NCBI GenBank assembly: GCA_963783255.1
Contig: CAWAMP010000022.1
Location: 136,118-200,117, forward strand
DNA length: 64,000 nucleotides
Direction of reading: 5' to 3'
Source of the DNA: an uncultured Acidobacteriota bacterium
GTDB taxonomy: Bacteria; Acidobacteriota; Vicinamibacteria; Vicinamibacterales; Fen-181
Below the pieces are notes generated by a model, which was not told the origin of the DNA, made no database searches, and worked only from the letters and a program-made list of their open reading frames with translations. Both the position numbers and the translations under genes were made by a program. Shown one piece after another: positions 1 to 9,030 of this stretch (the stretch's first letter is position 1; each line of letters opens with the position of its first letter).

Positions 1-91
1 ATACCTGGTCGAGGATCGGAACCGCTTTGACCGTCGGCGCGGTTCCCAGGAGGACGCCGAACGCGATCGCGCTGATAAGGACCTTGCGCAT
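1..91 (-). CDS. N-terminal ~30 codons of an exported protein (partial; continues beyond the left edge)
   Basis: Too short for the ORF track. Minus-strand ATG at 91-89 is preceded by GGAGGG (plus-strand ccctcc 95-100). The translation MRKVLISAIAFGVLLGTAPTVKAVPILDQV reads as a Sec signal peptide. Confidence 0.4.
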   Translation of the reverse strand, partial: MRKVLISAIAFGVLLGTAPTVKAVPILDQV

Positions 92-556
92 GATCCCTCC
101 TCGGATGATGTGGCCGCGGTAGTGGCTCGGACAACCGCGCCCGGCGAGATCTCGCCACCGGTACTCAAGAACGGTGCCGTGCCCGCATGTGCAACTGTCA
201 TGCGTTCTTGTCTAGGGCCGGCCTGAATATCGCGGTCAGGGGCGACTATTTACCTCGAATCCCTGGAATTCGGGCAACATCACTCGACCGGTCGAGAAAG
301 AGGCACGGCCGGGCGGCAATGGGGCGGGCGGCATGCGTCGCCTCTCGGTTTCGAACCGGCGGGGGGGATCAGATGCCGGCCGGTACCAGCTTGCGCGCAC
401 GACAGCGCCACCGCGATGGTGGCCCCTAGTGATCTGCCAGGCGGGCTATCTGCGCCCGTGTGTAGAGACTACAGCCACCGCGGTCGCCGTGCAGCGGCCC
501 ATCCCGAGAGCCCCGTACCGAGCAGGAGTAGCGAGGCGCCACTGGCTCCGGTCCGG

Positions 557-3500
557 TTACCGCCGGTCGCGGAGGATCATCCAGTCAGGGTCCGCGACTG
601 CCGGCAGGAACGCCTGACCGAGGAACGTCCCCCCATTCATGTACCACACGACGTTTTGCCCCGTCGTCGCATTGCGCCAGACCAAGTCAGCCTGGCCATC
701 TCTGTCGAAGTCCGCGGCCCACGCGATCTGCCAGTTCTGGTCGGCGACCGTTTGCAGGATCGCCTGCGATACGAACGTCGCCCCGTTCATGAACCACACG
801 ACGTTCATCCCCGTCGCAAGGTTGCGCCACACCAAGTCCGGATTCCCATCGCCGTCCACGTCACCCGCTGCCACAATCTGCCAGTCCGCGCCGGGGACGG
901 GCGGGAGCAGCGCCTGCGACAGGAACGTCACCCCACTCATGTACCACACGAGGTTCTGGCCGGTGGACGACTTCCGCCACACGAGGTCGAGACTGCCGTC
1001 TCCGTTCAGGTCCGCCGCCGCCACGATTTGCCACTGCGTGTCGGCCACCGGCGGCAGCAGGGTCTGCGAGACGAACGTCGTCCCGTCCAGGTGCCACACG
1101 ACGTTCTGCCCGGTGACCGCGTTGCGCCAGACGACGTCCGGCTTGCCGTTACCGTCGAAATCGGCGACCGCTACCACCTGCCAAGTCGTGTCGGCCACTG
1201 TCGGCAGCAGCGCTTGCGACAAGAACGCCACCCCGTTCATGTACCAGACGACGTTCTGCCCCGTGGCGATGTTGTGCCAGAGCAGGTCGGGTTGGCCGTC
1301 CGCGTTGAAGTCGCTGGAGGGCACTCGCGCCCGCGTCTGCTGCCCAACCAAGTCCCACCGGGTGTCGCCGACTGCCGGCAGCGCCGCTTCACTGAGGAAT
1401 GTGGCACCGTCCAGGTACCAGACCACGTTCTGGCCGGTCGTGGTGTTGCGCCAGACCAGGTCCGGCCTGCCATCGGCGTTGAAGTCTGCGGCCGTCGCGA
1501 TTCGCCAACTCGTGTCCGCGACCGGTGGGAGCAGCGCCTGCGACAGGAACGTCGCGCCACTCATGTACCAGACGACGTTCTGGCCCGTCGTGGCGTTGCG
1601 CCAGATCAGGTCCGGCCGGCCGTCCCCGTTGAGGTCCGCCGCCGCCGCCACCTGCCAGGCCGTGTCGGGCACCGCGGGCAGCACTACCTGCGATACGAAC
1701 GTCGTGCCGTCCAGGTACCACACCACGTTCTGGCCGGTCGCGGTGTTGCGCCAGACCAGGTCCGAACTGCCATCGGCGTTGAAGTCCGCGGCCGTCGCGA
1801 TTCGCCAACTCGTGTCCGCGACCGGTGGGAGCAGCGCCTGCGACAGGAACGTCGCGCCACTCATGTACCAGACGACGTTCTGGCCCGTCGTGGCGTTGCG
1901 CCAGATCAGGTCCGGCCGGCCGTCCCCGTTGAAGTCCGCCATTGCCGCAATCTGCCAGTTCGTGTCCGGCACCGTCTGCAGCACGGCCTGCGAGAGGAAG
2001 GTCGCCCCATTCATGTACCACACCACGCTCTGGCCCGTCGCCGCGTTGTGCCAGAGCAGATCCGGGCGGCCGTCGGCGTTGACGTCCGCGGTCGGCCGGA
2101 TCGTCTGCCCGAAGTCATTCCTCCCCCAGCAGACCACGCTGCCGCTGGACCGTATGCCGCACGTGTGATAGCCCCCGGCGCTCAACTGCGCGAAGGTCCC
2201 GCTGGGCGGCATCGCCTGCCCATAGTGTGGCCACACGCCACTGTTCGTGGTGCCGGCGCCCCAGCAAGCGAGTGTACCGTCGCTGCGCACGCCGCAGGTG
2301 TGCTCCAGGCCGCTGCTCACCTGCGCGAAGACACCACTCGGCGGCATCGCCTGCCCGAATTCTGACGACGACCCGGTGTTCGTGGTGCCCGCTCCCCAGC
2401 AGGCGAGCCTGCCGTCGCTCTTCACCCCGCAGGAGTGATAGGCCCCGGCGCTCACCTGCGTGAAGGTGCCGCTGGGCGGTGTCGCCTGCCCATAGTAGTT
2501 GTAACCCCAACAGGCGAGTGTCCCATCGGTTCTCACTGCGCAGGCGTGTTCGCCGGCGCTCACCTGCCTGAAGGTGCCGCTGGGCGGTGCCGCCTGCCCG
2601 TGGCGGTTGTCCCCCCAGCAGGCGAGTGTGCCGTCGATCCGTACCCCGCAGGTATTCTCCACGTTCGCGCTCACCTGCACGAAGGAGTCGCTCGGCGGCG
2701 TCGCCTGTCCGAAGTCGTTTCTGCCCCAGCAGGCGACGCCTCCGCCGCCTCCCACGCCGCAGGTGTGATCGTCACCGGCACTTACCTGCGCGAAGGCTCC
2801 GCCGGGCGGGATTGCCTGCCCCCAGTGCGGGTTGACACCTGTGTTCGTGGTGCCGGCGCCCCAGCAAGCGAGCGTGCCGTCGCTGGTCAACGCGCAGGTG
2901 TAAAGAGTACCGGCGGCGATGCGGTTCGAGATGCAATCGCTTGTGGAAAGCCTGAAGATCGTTCCCCTGCCGTCTGGTCCCCCACCACCGGTCAACCCGT
3001 AGAACTCACTCTGGGAGCACGGTTCCCAGACCGCCGGACGCGGGCTATCGTCCACGACTAGTCCGCCCGGGAACTTTCCGTCCCGCCCAGAGAAGGCGTG
3101 CAGCGAGGTCACGACGCCCGCCGGCGTGAGGCGGAACACGGTGCCGCAGCCGAACGGATCGTCACAGGGGATCGCTCCGCCGTTGCTGGTGGTCCCGTAG
3201 AAGTTCCCATCGCCACCCTGGACGGGCGCATCCTTCGGCGTTTGGCCGTCGAGCCCGGAAAACGTGTGGAGGATGACGACGCTCCCGGCCGGCGTCACGC
3301 GGAACACGGTTCCACAGCCATCAGGAGGACGACACGTTGTGGTCGCACCGCCCTTTTCCGTCGTGCCGTAGAAGTTCCCGTCGAAGCCCTTGCGGAGACC
3401 AGCCCACGGGTTCCTGCCTTCCGATGCGGAAAACGAATGCAGCGTTGTGAACACGCCGGCCGACGTGAGCCGGAACACCGAGCCGTACCCTGAGGTGCCA

Positions 3501-4144
3501 CCGTAGTACGTCGTTCCGTAGAAATGTCCATCGCTGCCCAGCGTCAATCCCGCCCAAGGCACCGACCCGTCAGTCCCGGCGAACGAGTGGAGAACGGTGA
3601 AGCTCCCCGCAGGGGTCATCCGGAATAGCGTGCCGACACCCGATGCGCCGCCCGACGAAGTCGTCCCATAGAAGTTGCCGTCCGCACCTTGAGCCAATGC
3701 CCCGTGCGGATTCTTGCCCTCCGATTCTGTGAACACGTGCAGCGTCGAGAGGACACCGTCCGGCGTGATGCGGAACACCGTGCCGCAGCCTCCAGGGTCG
3801 GCACATGTGGGCGACGTGCCACCCTCGTAGGTCGTCCCGTAGTAGCCGTCGCTACCATGAACCAAGGCCGCAATCGGCCCGCTTCCGTCCGGCCCAGAAA
3901 AGCTGTGGAGAGTCGTCACCACCCCGTCCGGCGTCACGCGAAACACGGTACCCCTCCCGTGGCTACCACCGGTCCACGTGGTCCCGTAGAGGTAGCCATC
4001 CCAGGCGGGCGACACCAATGCATCATTCGGGCTCGCACCCTCCACTAACGAGAAACTGTGCAGGGTCGTCACCACCTGACCCGAAGCAACACTGCCCGCG
4101 AACACCAAGGCCATGGCCACGGCGACGATGCCTCGCTGGTTCAT
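557..4144 (-). CDS. Large secreted multi-repeat protein with three consecutive beta-propeller-type repeat blocks (GloVer-like, RCC1-like, FG-GAP/VCBS-like)
   Basis: ORF 557..4192. I prefer the ATG at 4144 (GGGAGG 6 nt upstream; MNQRGIVAVAMALVFAGSVASGQ signal peptide). Repeats read directly from the translation: 7x ...DG.FYGTT..GG..G.GTVFR.TP.G (nt ~2930-4030), 7x ...DG.LACWG.N..GQ..PP.G.F.QVSAG (nt ~2090-2930), 10x DFN.DG.PDL.WRN..TGQN.VW.M.G..F (nt 557-2090). Confidence 0.85.
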   Translation of the reverse strand: MNQRGIVAVAMALVFAGSVASGQVVTTLHSFSLVEGASPNDALVSPAWDGYLYGTTWTGGSHGRGTVFRVTPDGVVTTLHSFSGPDGSGPIAALVHGSDGYYGTTYEGGTSPTCADPGGCGTVFRITPDGVLSTLHVFTESEGKNPHGALAQGADGNFYGTTSSGGASGVGTLFRMTPAGSFTVLHSFAGTDGSVPWAGLTLGSDGHFYGTTYYGGTSGYGSVFRLTSAGVFTTLHSFSASEGRNPWAGLRKGFDGNFYGTTEKGGATTTCRPPDGCGTVFRVTPAGSVVILHTFSGLDGQTPKDAPVQGGDGNFYGTTSNGGAIPCDDPFGCGTVFRLTPAGVVTSLHAFSGRDGKFPGGLVVDDSPRPAVWEPCSQSEFYGLTGGGGPDGRGTIFRLSTSDCISNRIAAGTLYTCALTSDGTLACWGAGTTNTGVNPHWGQAIPPGGAFAQVSAGDDHTCGVGGGGGVACWGRNDFGQATPPSDSFVQVSANVENTCGVRIDGTLACWGDNRHGQAAPPSGTFRQVSAGEHACAVRTDGTLACWGYNYYGQATPPSGTFTQVSAGAYHSCGVKSDGRLACWGAGTTNTGSSSEFGQAMPPSGVFAQVSSGLEHTCGVRSDGTLACWGAGTTNSGVWPHYGQAMPPSGTFAQLSAGGYHTCGIRSSGSVVCWGRNDFGQTIRPTADVNADGRPDLLWHNAATGQSVVWYMNGATFLSQAVLQTVPDTNWQIAAMADFNGDGRPDLIWRNATTGQNVVWYMSGATFLSQALLPPVADTSWRIATAADFNADGSSDLVWRNTATGQNVVWYLDGTTFVSQVVLPAVPDTAWQVAAAADLNGDGRPDLIWRNATTGQNVVWYMSGATFLSQALLPPVADTSWRIATAADFNADGRPDLVWRNTTTGQNVVWYLDGATFLSEAALPAVGDTRWDLVGQQTRARVPSSDFNADGQPDLLWHNIATGQNVVWYMNGVAFLSQALLPTVADTTWQVVAVADFDGNGKPDVVWRNAVTGQNVVWHLDGTTFVSQTLLPPVADTQWQIVAAADLNGDGSLDLVWRKSSTGQNLVWYMSGVTFLSQALLPPVPGADWQIVAAGDVDGDGNPDLVWRNLATGMNVVWFMNGATFVSQAILQTVADQNWQIAWAADFDRDGQADLVWRNATTGQNVVWYMNGGTFLGQAFLPAVADPDWMILRDRR
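1407..1940. repeat. Intragenic direct duplication with an exact 300-bp period (1407-1640 versus 1707-1940)
   Basis: Hand alignment shows 6 mismatches in 234 bp. Positions 1501-1620 and 1801-1920 are identical. The unit equals two FG-GAP/VCBS repeats; other repeat copies in the gene are far more diverged. Confidence 0.9.
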
Positions 4145-4488
4145 TGGAAACCTCCCTAGCGTGGTGGAAGTCACTCGAAGATGGGAGGCCACCCGGGACC
4201 CGGGCCCCAGTCACACCACCCACCCTTGACGCACCTGGGCCACCTGCACGGACGTGGAGCTACGGCCGGTGAACGCTGACGCGACGTGGTGACCGACCGC
4301 TGACAATGAACGCAGGAACCGGGAGCCAGTGAGGGCCCGAGGGTGTCCAGGCGGGGGCTTCCGGCCCTCCGACGGACTGAGGCGATCGCGCGCCCTTCGT
4401 GCATGCGCGTTCCGATGGGCAATACCGGCGGGCTGTCTGGACCTTCGGTCTGGCAGGCAGAGTCGTCGCTAGGCTGCCAACTGACGGG

Positions 4489-4517
4489 CTTTTACCACTT
4501 GCGGTGAGCGCCGTCAA
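4489..4517 (-). promoter_or_regulatory. Candidate sigma70-type promoter for the large repeat-protein gene
   Basis: Minus strand reads TTGACG (4517-4512), a 17-nt spacer, then TAAAAG (4494-4489). It lies ~340 nt upstream of the ATG at 4144. Motif match only. Confidence 0.25.
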
Positions 4518-4560
4518 GCCAAATCGGGCGGGCGCACTCGCGGTCCGTGTGACCCGTGGC

Positions 4561-4825
4561 TCACTGTCCCGCCTCAACCTCCGCCAGTTTCCAGGAGGCG
4601 GCTGTCGCGTCGAGCGCCACGTCCGCGGCCAGCGGCGGCGGAAACCACTCCCAGCTGCAGGGATCAGTCAACCAGCACCTGCGGAGTGTGCTGACGCCCG
4701 GCTCGTTCTGGAGATGTTGGCACTGGCACTCGCGCAGCCCTGCCTCGACGGCGGCCCGGATGGCGGCGTCCGAGTAGCCGCCAGTGGCGTGGCGTAGTTC
4801 AACAGGCGGGACGGCGAGCGGTCAT
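4561..4825 (-). CDS. Possible small Cys/Trp-rich protein (~87 aa) whose body has no in-frame start; the ATG at 4825 is in the +1 frame (possible frameshift or pseudogene)
   Basis: 87 sense codons (4821..4564) plus stop 4563-4561 follow an in-frame TGA (4824-4822). Hand-counted GC3 is 70/86 and GC2 is 49/86, with balanced composition (PLAVPPVELRHATGGYSDAAIRAAVEAGLRECQCQHLQNEPGVSTLRRCWLTDPCSWEWFPPPLAADVALDATAASWKLAEVEAGQ). An ATG at 4825-4823 overlaps the upstream stop as ATGA but is one base out of frame. Confidence 0.3.
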
Positions 4826-5283
4826 TTTCGTGTGGCGAGGATTCGCTGCTCGTTCACCTTGACGAGTTTGAGTATCTTGTTCACGAGGTCCCCCGCGGCA
4901 TCTGACCAGTTACCATCCTCGGCGTGTCCGACTATGTCGACGCGCTGGCCCAGCACTGTCACTGTGGCCCGCACGTCGTAGATGTCATCCTCGGCTGACA
5001 CGAGCGTGCGGCCCGTGATCTCAATCAGGACCTCGCCGTCGGCCTGCGTCGATACGAGACGAAGAAGCCGACGGCGAAGGATGCCAGCCACGTCCTTGGT
5101 CGAATCCACGCGGTCCTGATAGTCAAGGGGGATCAGGCCTTTCGCGGGAGCGCCAGCCGTGAACACGAAGAACTTGGCGTCACTGGGCGGTTGGCGCGGC
5201 GGCGGCCATTGAGCGCGGCCGGACTGTCCGCTCACGACATCCGCGACACCGAGTGTCAGCAGAAGGGCGACGAGGACTCGCAT
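4822..5283 (-). CDS. Secreted hypothetical protein
   Basis: ORF 4822..5334. The internal ATG at 5283 has GGAGG 5 nt upstream and begins MRVLVALLLTLGVADVVSGQ (signal peptide). No family recognised. Confidence 0.6.
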   Translation of the reverse strand: MRVLVALLLTLGVADVVSGQSGRAQWPPPRQPPSDAKFFVFTAGAPAKGLIPLDYQDRVDSTKDVAGILRRRLLRLVSTQADGEVLIEITGRTLVSAEDDIYDVRATVTVLGQRVDIVGHAEDGNWSDAAGDLVNKILKLVKVNEQRILATRK

Positions 5284-5665
5284 GGTGGCCTCCGAGTAGC
5301 CGACCGCCGCATGGCGAAGTTGGAGAGCGGTCATGGCGCGGACCTGAACGCGCGGGCCATGCGCGAGCAGGCGGGGCGGGTGGCCGGATACGACCCTCCA
5401 GAGCCCCGAGGCAAGGGCGGGACGTCGGGAGGAGCCCAGAATTGGTGGCCTCTGCCGGCGGTTGTCGGCGAGGGGCTGTCTTGCGACGTCGAGATGACCG
5501 ACAGGGGGCTGCGTGCGCGCGATGTCGTCTGTGACGGCGACGAACTGCGGGTGGCGACGACGTGACCGCCGAGGCCGGCGTATGTCCAGGTCGGCTCCAC
5601 GCCAAAGATCGAGTAAGGCCGGCGCCGGCGGCTGGACGGAGCAGGTGGGGCTGTGCTGGCGTTCA

Positions 5666-6190
5666 TCAGAACGCCACTCTGAACGTGCCGTTCGTTACGG
5701 ACTTCCTGGCTCCACTACCATCGTAGGCAGGTGCCACGAAAGCGAAAGTGCCACTCGCGCTTTTGCTCGCGCCTGTCGTGTTGATCGACGCTACCGTTAC
5801 CCAACCGCTACCACCGTTCACGACAGTTCCATAGGTCTTCGCTACGTTGTTGACGGAAACAGCTATCATCCCCGTTGCGGCAGGTCCGGCGGCCCATGTT
5901 CCGACGCTCGGCCGCACGGCAATCGACACTTGCGTCCCGTTCGCCGGCAGCGACCCGAGCGACCCGTGAACCTCTAGGTACGCCTCCTCCGGGCGGCCCG
6001 ACAGGTCCACCACCCTGGCGCCGACCGTGGTGGCGACAAAGGCCACACCATCAATCACGGCCGTGAACGTGTTGCCAGACTGCTGTGTGGGGCTACCTGG
6101 GGAGGTGGGGGGGGTGGGCGAGGTGGGTCCGCCGCCGCAGGAGAGAAGGAGCAGCGCGACCGAAGCAACGACGGTTAACCGAGGGAGCAT
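5666..6190 (-). CDS. Hypothetical lipoprotein
   Basis: ATG at 6190 with GGAGG 7 nt upstream. The lipobox is LLLSCGG. A Pro/Thr/Ser linker is followed by a beta-rich body. No family recognised. Confidence 0.7.
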   Translation of the reverse strand: MLPRLTVVASVALLLLSCGGGPTSPTPPTSPGSPTQQSGNTFTAVIDGVAFVATTVGARVVDLSGRPEEAYLEVHGSLGSLPANGTQVSIAVRPSVGTWAAGPAATGMIAVSVNNVAKTYGTVVNGGSGWVTVASINTTGASKSASGTFAFVAPAYDGSGARKSVTNGTFRVAF

Positions 6191-6491
6191 GGTTCAACCT
6201 CCGCTCGTGTGTCTGCGATGGAGAGGATACTCCTCCCGAGGAGGTATTGACTTGGAAAAGTCTGGTGAACCTGGCGGGGGCGGCAAATCAGGCGCGTCCT
6301 CGGCGGTGAGGCGGACGCTGGCCGACCGCATCCAGGCACGCGCAGACGTGGCGGGCGTCAACGTAGTGCTACTCTGGATGGATGCGCTGTGCCGGCCTTA
6401 CCACTGTCTCCCTGCTACCCATGTGCTACCCAAACGGCCCGATCAGCCAGAGATGCGCTTGTTTTCTAGCCTTTCAGCCGGTAGTAGTTTG

Positions 6492-7295
6492 ATGCCATAT
6501 CGGTCGCCGCTCGAGACCCGCATCGCCCGGAAGACGACCCGGGCGGTCTCCGACTTCCAGATGATCGAGGAGGGAGACCGGATCCTGGTTGGCCTGTCCG
6601 GCGGCAAGGACAGCTGGGCGCTCATCCAGATCCTCGACGTCCTCAGGCGCCGCGCCAAGATCAACTTCTCGCTGATCGCCGTCAATGTCGACTCGGGCTA
6701 CGCCGACTACGACCACGCGCTGATTTCGAGGACGTGCGCCGAGCGCGGCTGGGAGTGTCGCATCGAGCACACGACCATCGGACAGGTGATGGACGATCTG
6801 CTGGATGCCAGCGACACCCCGTGCTCGTTGTGCGGTCGGCTGCGCCGGGGCGTGCTGTATCGGGTCGCCACGGAGCTCGGCGCCACGAAGATCGCCCTCG
6901 GCCACCACGCCGACGATTGCATCGAGACGCTGCTGCTCAACCTGTTCTTCGAGGGGAACCTGAAGGCGATGCCCGCCCGCCTGGTGTCGGACAACGGGGC
7001 CCACGTCGTCATCCGACCGCTGGTCTATGTCAGCGAGGCCGAAGCACGCGCCTATGCGAAGGAGTACGAACTGCCGATCGTCGGCTGCTGCTGCCCGTCG
7101 TGCGGCGATTTGAGTCTGCAGCGCCAGCGGGTGAAACGCCTGCTGCTGGACCTCGAGCGTGAGCACCCTGGCCTGAAGCACTCGATGCTTGCCGCGCTGC
7201 GCAACGTCGCGCCGACGCACCTGCTGGACGCACGGCTCAATCCTCCCGGGGCGCTTCGCGCACGCGCGAAGGCCGAAGCAGGGAGCAGAGGCTGA
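6492..7295 (+). CDS. ttcA: tRNA 2-thiocytidine biosynthesis protein TtcA (PP-loop ATPase)
   Basis: SGGKDS PP-loop after [12 protein letters not shown], plus [10 protein letters not shown] and CCCPSCG cysteine motifs. Start is 6492 or 6453; the 5' part of ORF 6027..7295 is not protein-like. Confidence 0.85.
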   Translation: MPYRSPLETRIARKTTRAVSDFQMIEEGDRILVGLSGGKDSWALIQILDVLRRRAKINFSLIAVNVDSGYADYDHALISRTCAERGWECRIEHTTIGQVMDDLLDASDTPCSLCGRLRRGVLYRVATELGATKIALGHHADDCIETLLLNLFFEGNLKAMPARLVSDNGAHVVIRPLVYVSEAEARAYAKEYELPIVGCCCPSCGDLSLQRQRVKRLLLDLEREHPGLKHSMLAALRNVAPTHLLDARLNPPGALRARAKAEAGSRG

Positions 7296-7738
7296 TGCGC
7301 GCGGTGGTGCAGCGTGTGCAATCGGCGCGCGTCGCCGTTGACGGGCGCGTGGCGGGCGAAATCGGAGCTGGCCTCGTCGTGCTTCTCGGCGTGACCCATG
7401 ACGACACCCGCGAGCAGGCCAGGTTCCTCGCCGGCAAGATCGCCCGCCTCCGGATCTTCGAGGACGCAGGGGGCCGAATGAACCTCGCTGCCGCCGACGT
7501 GGGCGGCTCGGTGCTCGTCGTCTCGCAATTCACGTTGTACGGCGACTGCCGCAAGGGGCGACGGCCGTCGTTCGATTCGGCCGCCCGGCCCGAGCAGGCG
7601 CAGGAGCTGTACGACGCGTTCTCAGCCGAGATCCGCGCCCTGGGCGTTCCGGTGGCGACAGGCGTCTTCCAGGCCCACATGATGGTGGAACTGGTGAACG
7701 ACGGACCGGTGACGCTCATCCTGGATACCGCGACATAG
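7295..7738 (+). CDS. dtd: D-aminoacyl-tRNA deacylase
   Basis: MRAVVQRV...GLVVLLGV...[17 protein letters not shown] over 147 aa is typical Dtd. The ATG shares one base with the ttcA stop (TGATG). Confidence 0.9.
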   Translation: MRAVVQRVQSARVAVDGRVAGEIGAGLVVLLGVTHDDTREQARFLAGKIARLRIFEDAGGRMNLAAADVGGSVLVVSQFTLYGDCRKGRRPSFDSAARPEQAQELYDAFSAEIRALGVPVATGVFQAHMMVELVNDGPVTLILDTAT

Positions 7739-7742
7739 AGTC

Positions 7743-8537
7743 ATGCTGCCGGTCATCAAGGCTCACGCATACGGCAACGACTTCCTCTACGTCGAGGAAC
7801 GGCACGCGCGCGGGCGCGACCGCGTCGGGCTGGCCAGGTCCATCTGCGAGCGCCACGCAGGAGTCGGTGCGGATGGGCTGATCCTCTACCGCCTCGTCGC
7901 GGAAGGCGCGGCGATGAGCCTCCTCAACGCCGACGGCAGCTACTCGGAGGTTTCTGGAAACGGCGTCCGAGGCCTGGCCGCCGTGCTCCTGGACGTGCAC
8001 GGCCTCGAACCCGCCGACCGGACCATCGTGATCCAGACGGACGCCGGGGAGAAACGGCTGCTGCTGCTCGGGCGCGATGGAAACCGCGTCACGTTCCGCG
8101 CCAGCATGGGCGCGCCCACGTTGCCACGGGAAGAGACGCTGGAGGCTCTCGGGGAGCAGCTTCGCGTCGTGGTGCTTCGTGTCGGCAATCCGCAGTGCGT
8201 TCGGCTGGAATCCCCGCTCGACGAGCGGCGGATGCGCCGCTTCGGCCCGGTCCTGGAGCATCACCAGGCGTTTCCCGAGGGGACGAATGTCGAGTTCGCG
8301 TCGGTGGAGGCTCCGGACCGCGTGCGCATCCTCATCTGGGAGCGCGGAGTCGGCCCGACCGCGGCCTCTGGGACGGGCGCATGCGCCGCGGCCGTGGCGG
8401 CGGCGGCTTTCGGTGGGGCGAGCCGCGATGTCCAGGTCGTCTCGCCGGGCGGCAGCCAGCGCGTGGAGTGGCGAGAGGACGGGCTCTTCCTCACCGGCTG
8501 GGCGGAGGTCGTGCTGCGAGGCGAGTGGTCCGGCTAG
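7743..8537 (+). CDS. dapF: Diaminopimelate epimerase
   Basis: HAYGNDFLYV N-terminus, GNPQCV and SGTGACAAA active-site Cys motifs, 264 aa. Confidence 0.9.
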   Translation: MLPVIKAHAYGNDFLYVEERHARGRDRVGLARSICERHAGVGADGLILYRLVAEGAAMSLLNADGSYSEVSGNGVRGLAAVLLDVHGLEPADRTIVIQTDAGEKRLLLLGRDGNRVTFRASMGAPTLPREETLEALGEQLRVVVLRVGNPQCVRLESPLDERRMRRFGPVLEHHQAFPEGTNVEFASVEAPDRVRILIWERGVGPTAASGTGACAAAVAAAAFGGASRDVQVVSPGGSQRVEWREDGLFLTGWAEVVLRGEWSG

Positions 8538-8626
8538 CCAGGTCGGAACTCTTTTCGTACCCTTGCGCCCGAGACGCTGCAGTTTCTGCGCGTGCGGCCG
8601 AGCGTTCGGGGATCCCGGGGCGGTCT

Positions 8627-9019
8627 TCAGCGCTCCAGCTTCTCCACAAGGCCCCGCAAATGTTCGGCCACGCCGAGGGTGGCCTGCCTCGCCGCGCCGT
8701 AATCGTCGCGGCCGAGCGCCTCGCGCGCTTTTTGCAGGGCAACGTTGGCGGCGACCACGCCGCGCCTGACATCCGAGAGCCGAATCCGCTGCTCCTCGGT
8801 GGCCGCGGACGAGGTCTTGGACGCTGCCCGGACGGCCTCCCGCGCTTCGTCGACGGCGGCTTCCAGGTCCTCGACAGCCTTGAATGCGTCTGTCCGCCCG
8901 GTTTCAGGCTGCGGCGGCGCAGGTGACCGTCTCGGGCCAGGCGTGGGGGAGTTGCAGCCGACGACGAGGAGGCCGGCGATGACGGCAGCCCGCAGAGCGA
9001 TGGTGGGACGACCCATCAA
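8627..9019 (-). CDS. Hypothetical helical lipoprotein
   Basis: Lipobox LLVVGCN after a signal peptide. Start is TTG 9019 or ATG 9016. Only ~11-14 nt separate it from the divergent radC start. Confidence 0.55.
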   Translation of the reverse strand: MMGRPTIALRAAVIAGLLVVGCNSPTPGPRRSPAPPQPETGRTDAFKAVEDLEAAVDEAREAVRAASKTSSAATEEQRIRLSDVRRGVVAANVALQKAREALGRDDYGAARQATLGVAEHLRGLVEKLER

Positions 9020-9030
9020 TTGAAGTATAA

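Noticed and set aside
557-2100. Regular ~150-bp periodicity that could be mistaken for a CRISPR or satellite array.
   Set aside because: The period is a protein repeat (about 50 codons) in a continuous ORF. Units are diverged and have no unique spacers, and there are no cas genes.
416-2365. Long plus-strand ORFs (649 aa and 509 aa) with a striking periodic repeat (…RPVHEPHDV…/…TTFWPV…).
   Set aside because: They are the mirror image of the minus-strand repeat-protein gene. Their composition is Arg/His/Pro/Ser/Thr-rich, as in out-of-frame or antisense reading of high-GC coding DNA. The minus strand has a signal peptide, an SD and recognisable repeat families.
4718-4735. TGGCAC motifs (here and TGGCACG at 20112-20118) as possible sigma54 -24 elements, given two EBPs in the window.
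   Set aside because: The required GC/TTGC element is not at the correct 10-nt spacing downstream. Neither site precedes a correctly oriented gene start. I found no convincing -24/-12 promoter before the pseudopilin or cluster genes.
4822-4824. In-frame TGA between the 170-aa gene and the coding-looking downstream frame, as possible selenocysteine or programmed read-through.
   Set aside because: No SECIS-like hairpin was evident immediately downstream. Many genes in the window terminate with TGA. The upstream protein appears to end naturally. The idea is kept only as a minor alternative in the finding for 4561-4825.
5331-5666. 111-aa minus-strand ORF whose start and stop both make ATGA overlaps with its neighbours. 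There is also a mirror plus-strand ORF ending at 5565 and a third open minus frame.
   Set aside because: All three frames are open with similar GC3 (hand counts about 76-82%). The 111-aa product is Ser/Pro/Arg/Thr-rich, which looks like a wrong frame. The downstream gene has a much better SD/ATG at 5283. No frame shows a recognisable family, so I left the 330-bp region unassigned rather than call a gene.
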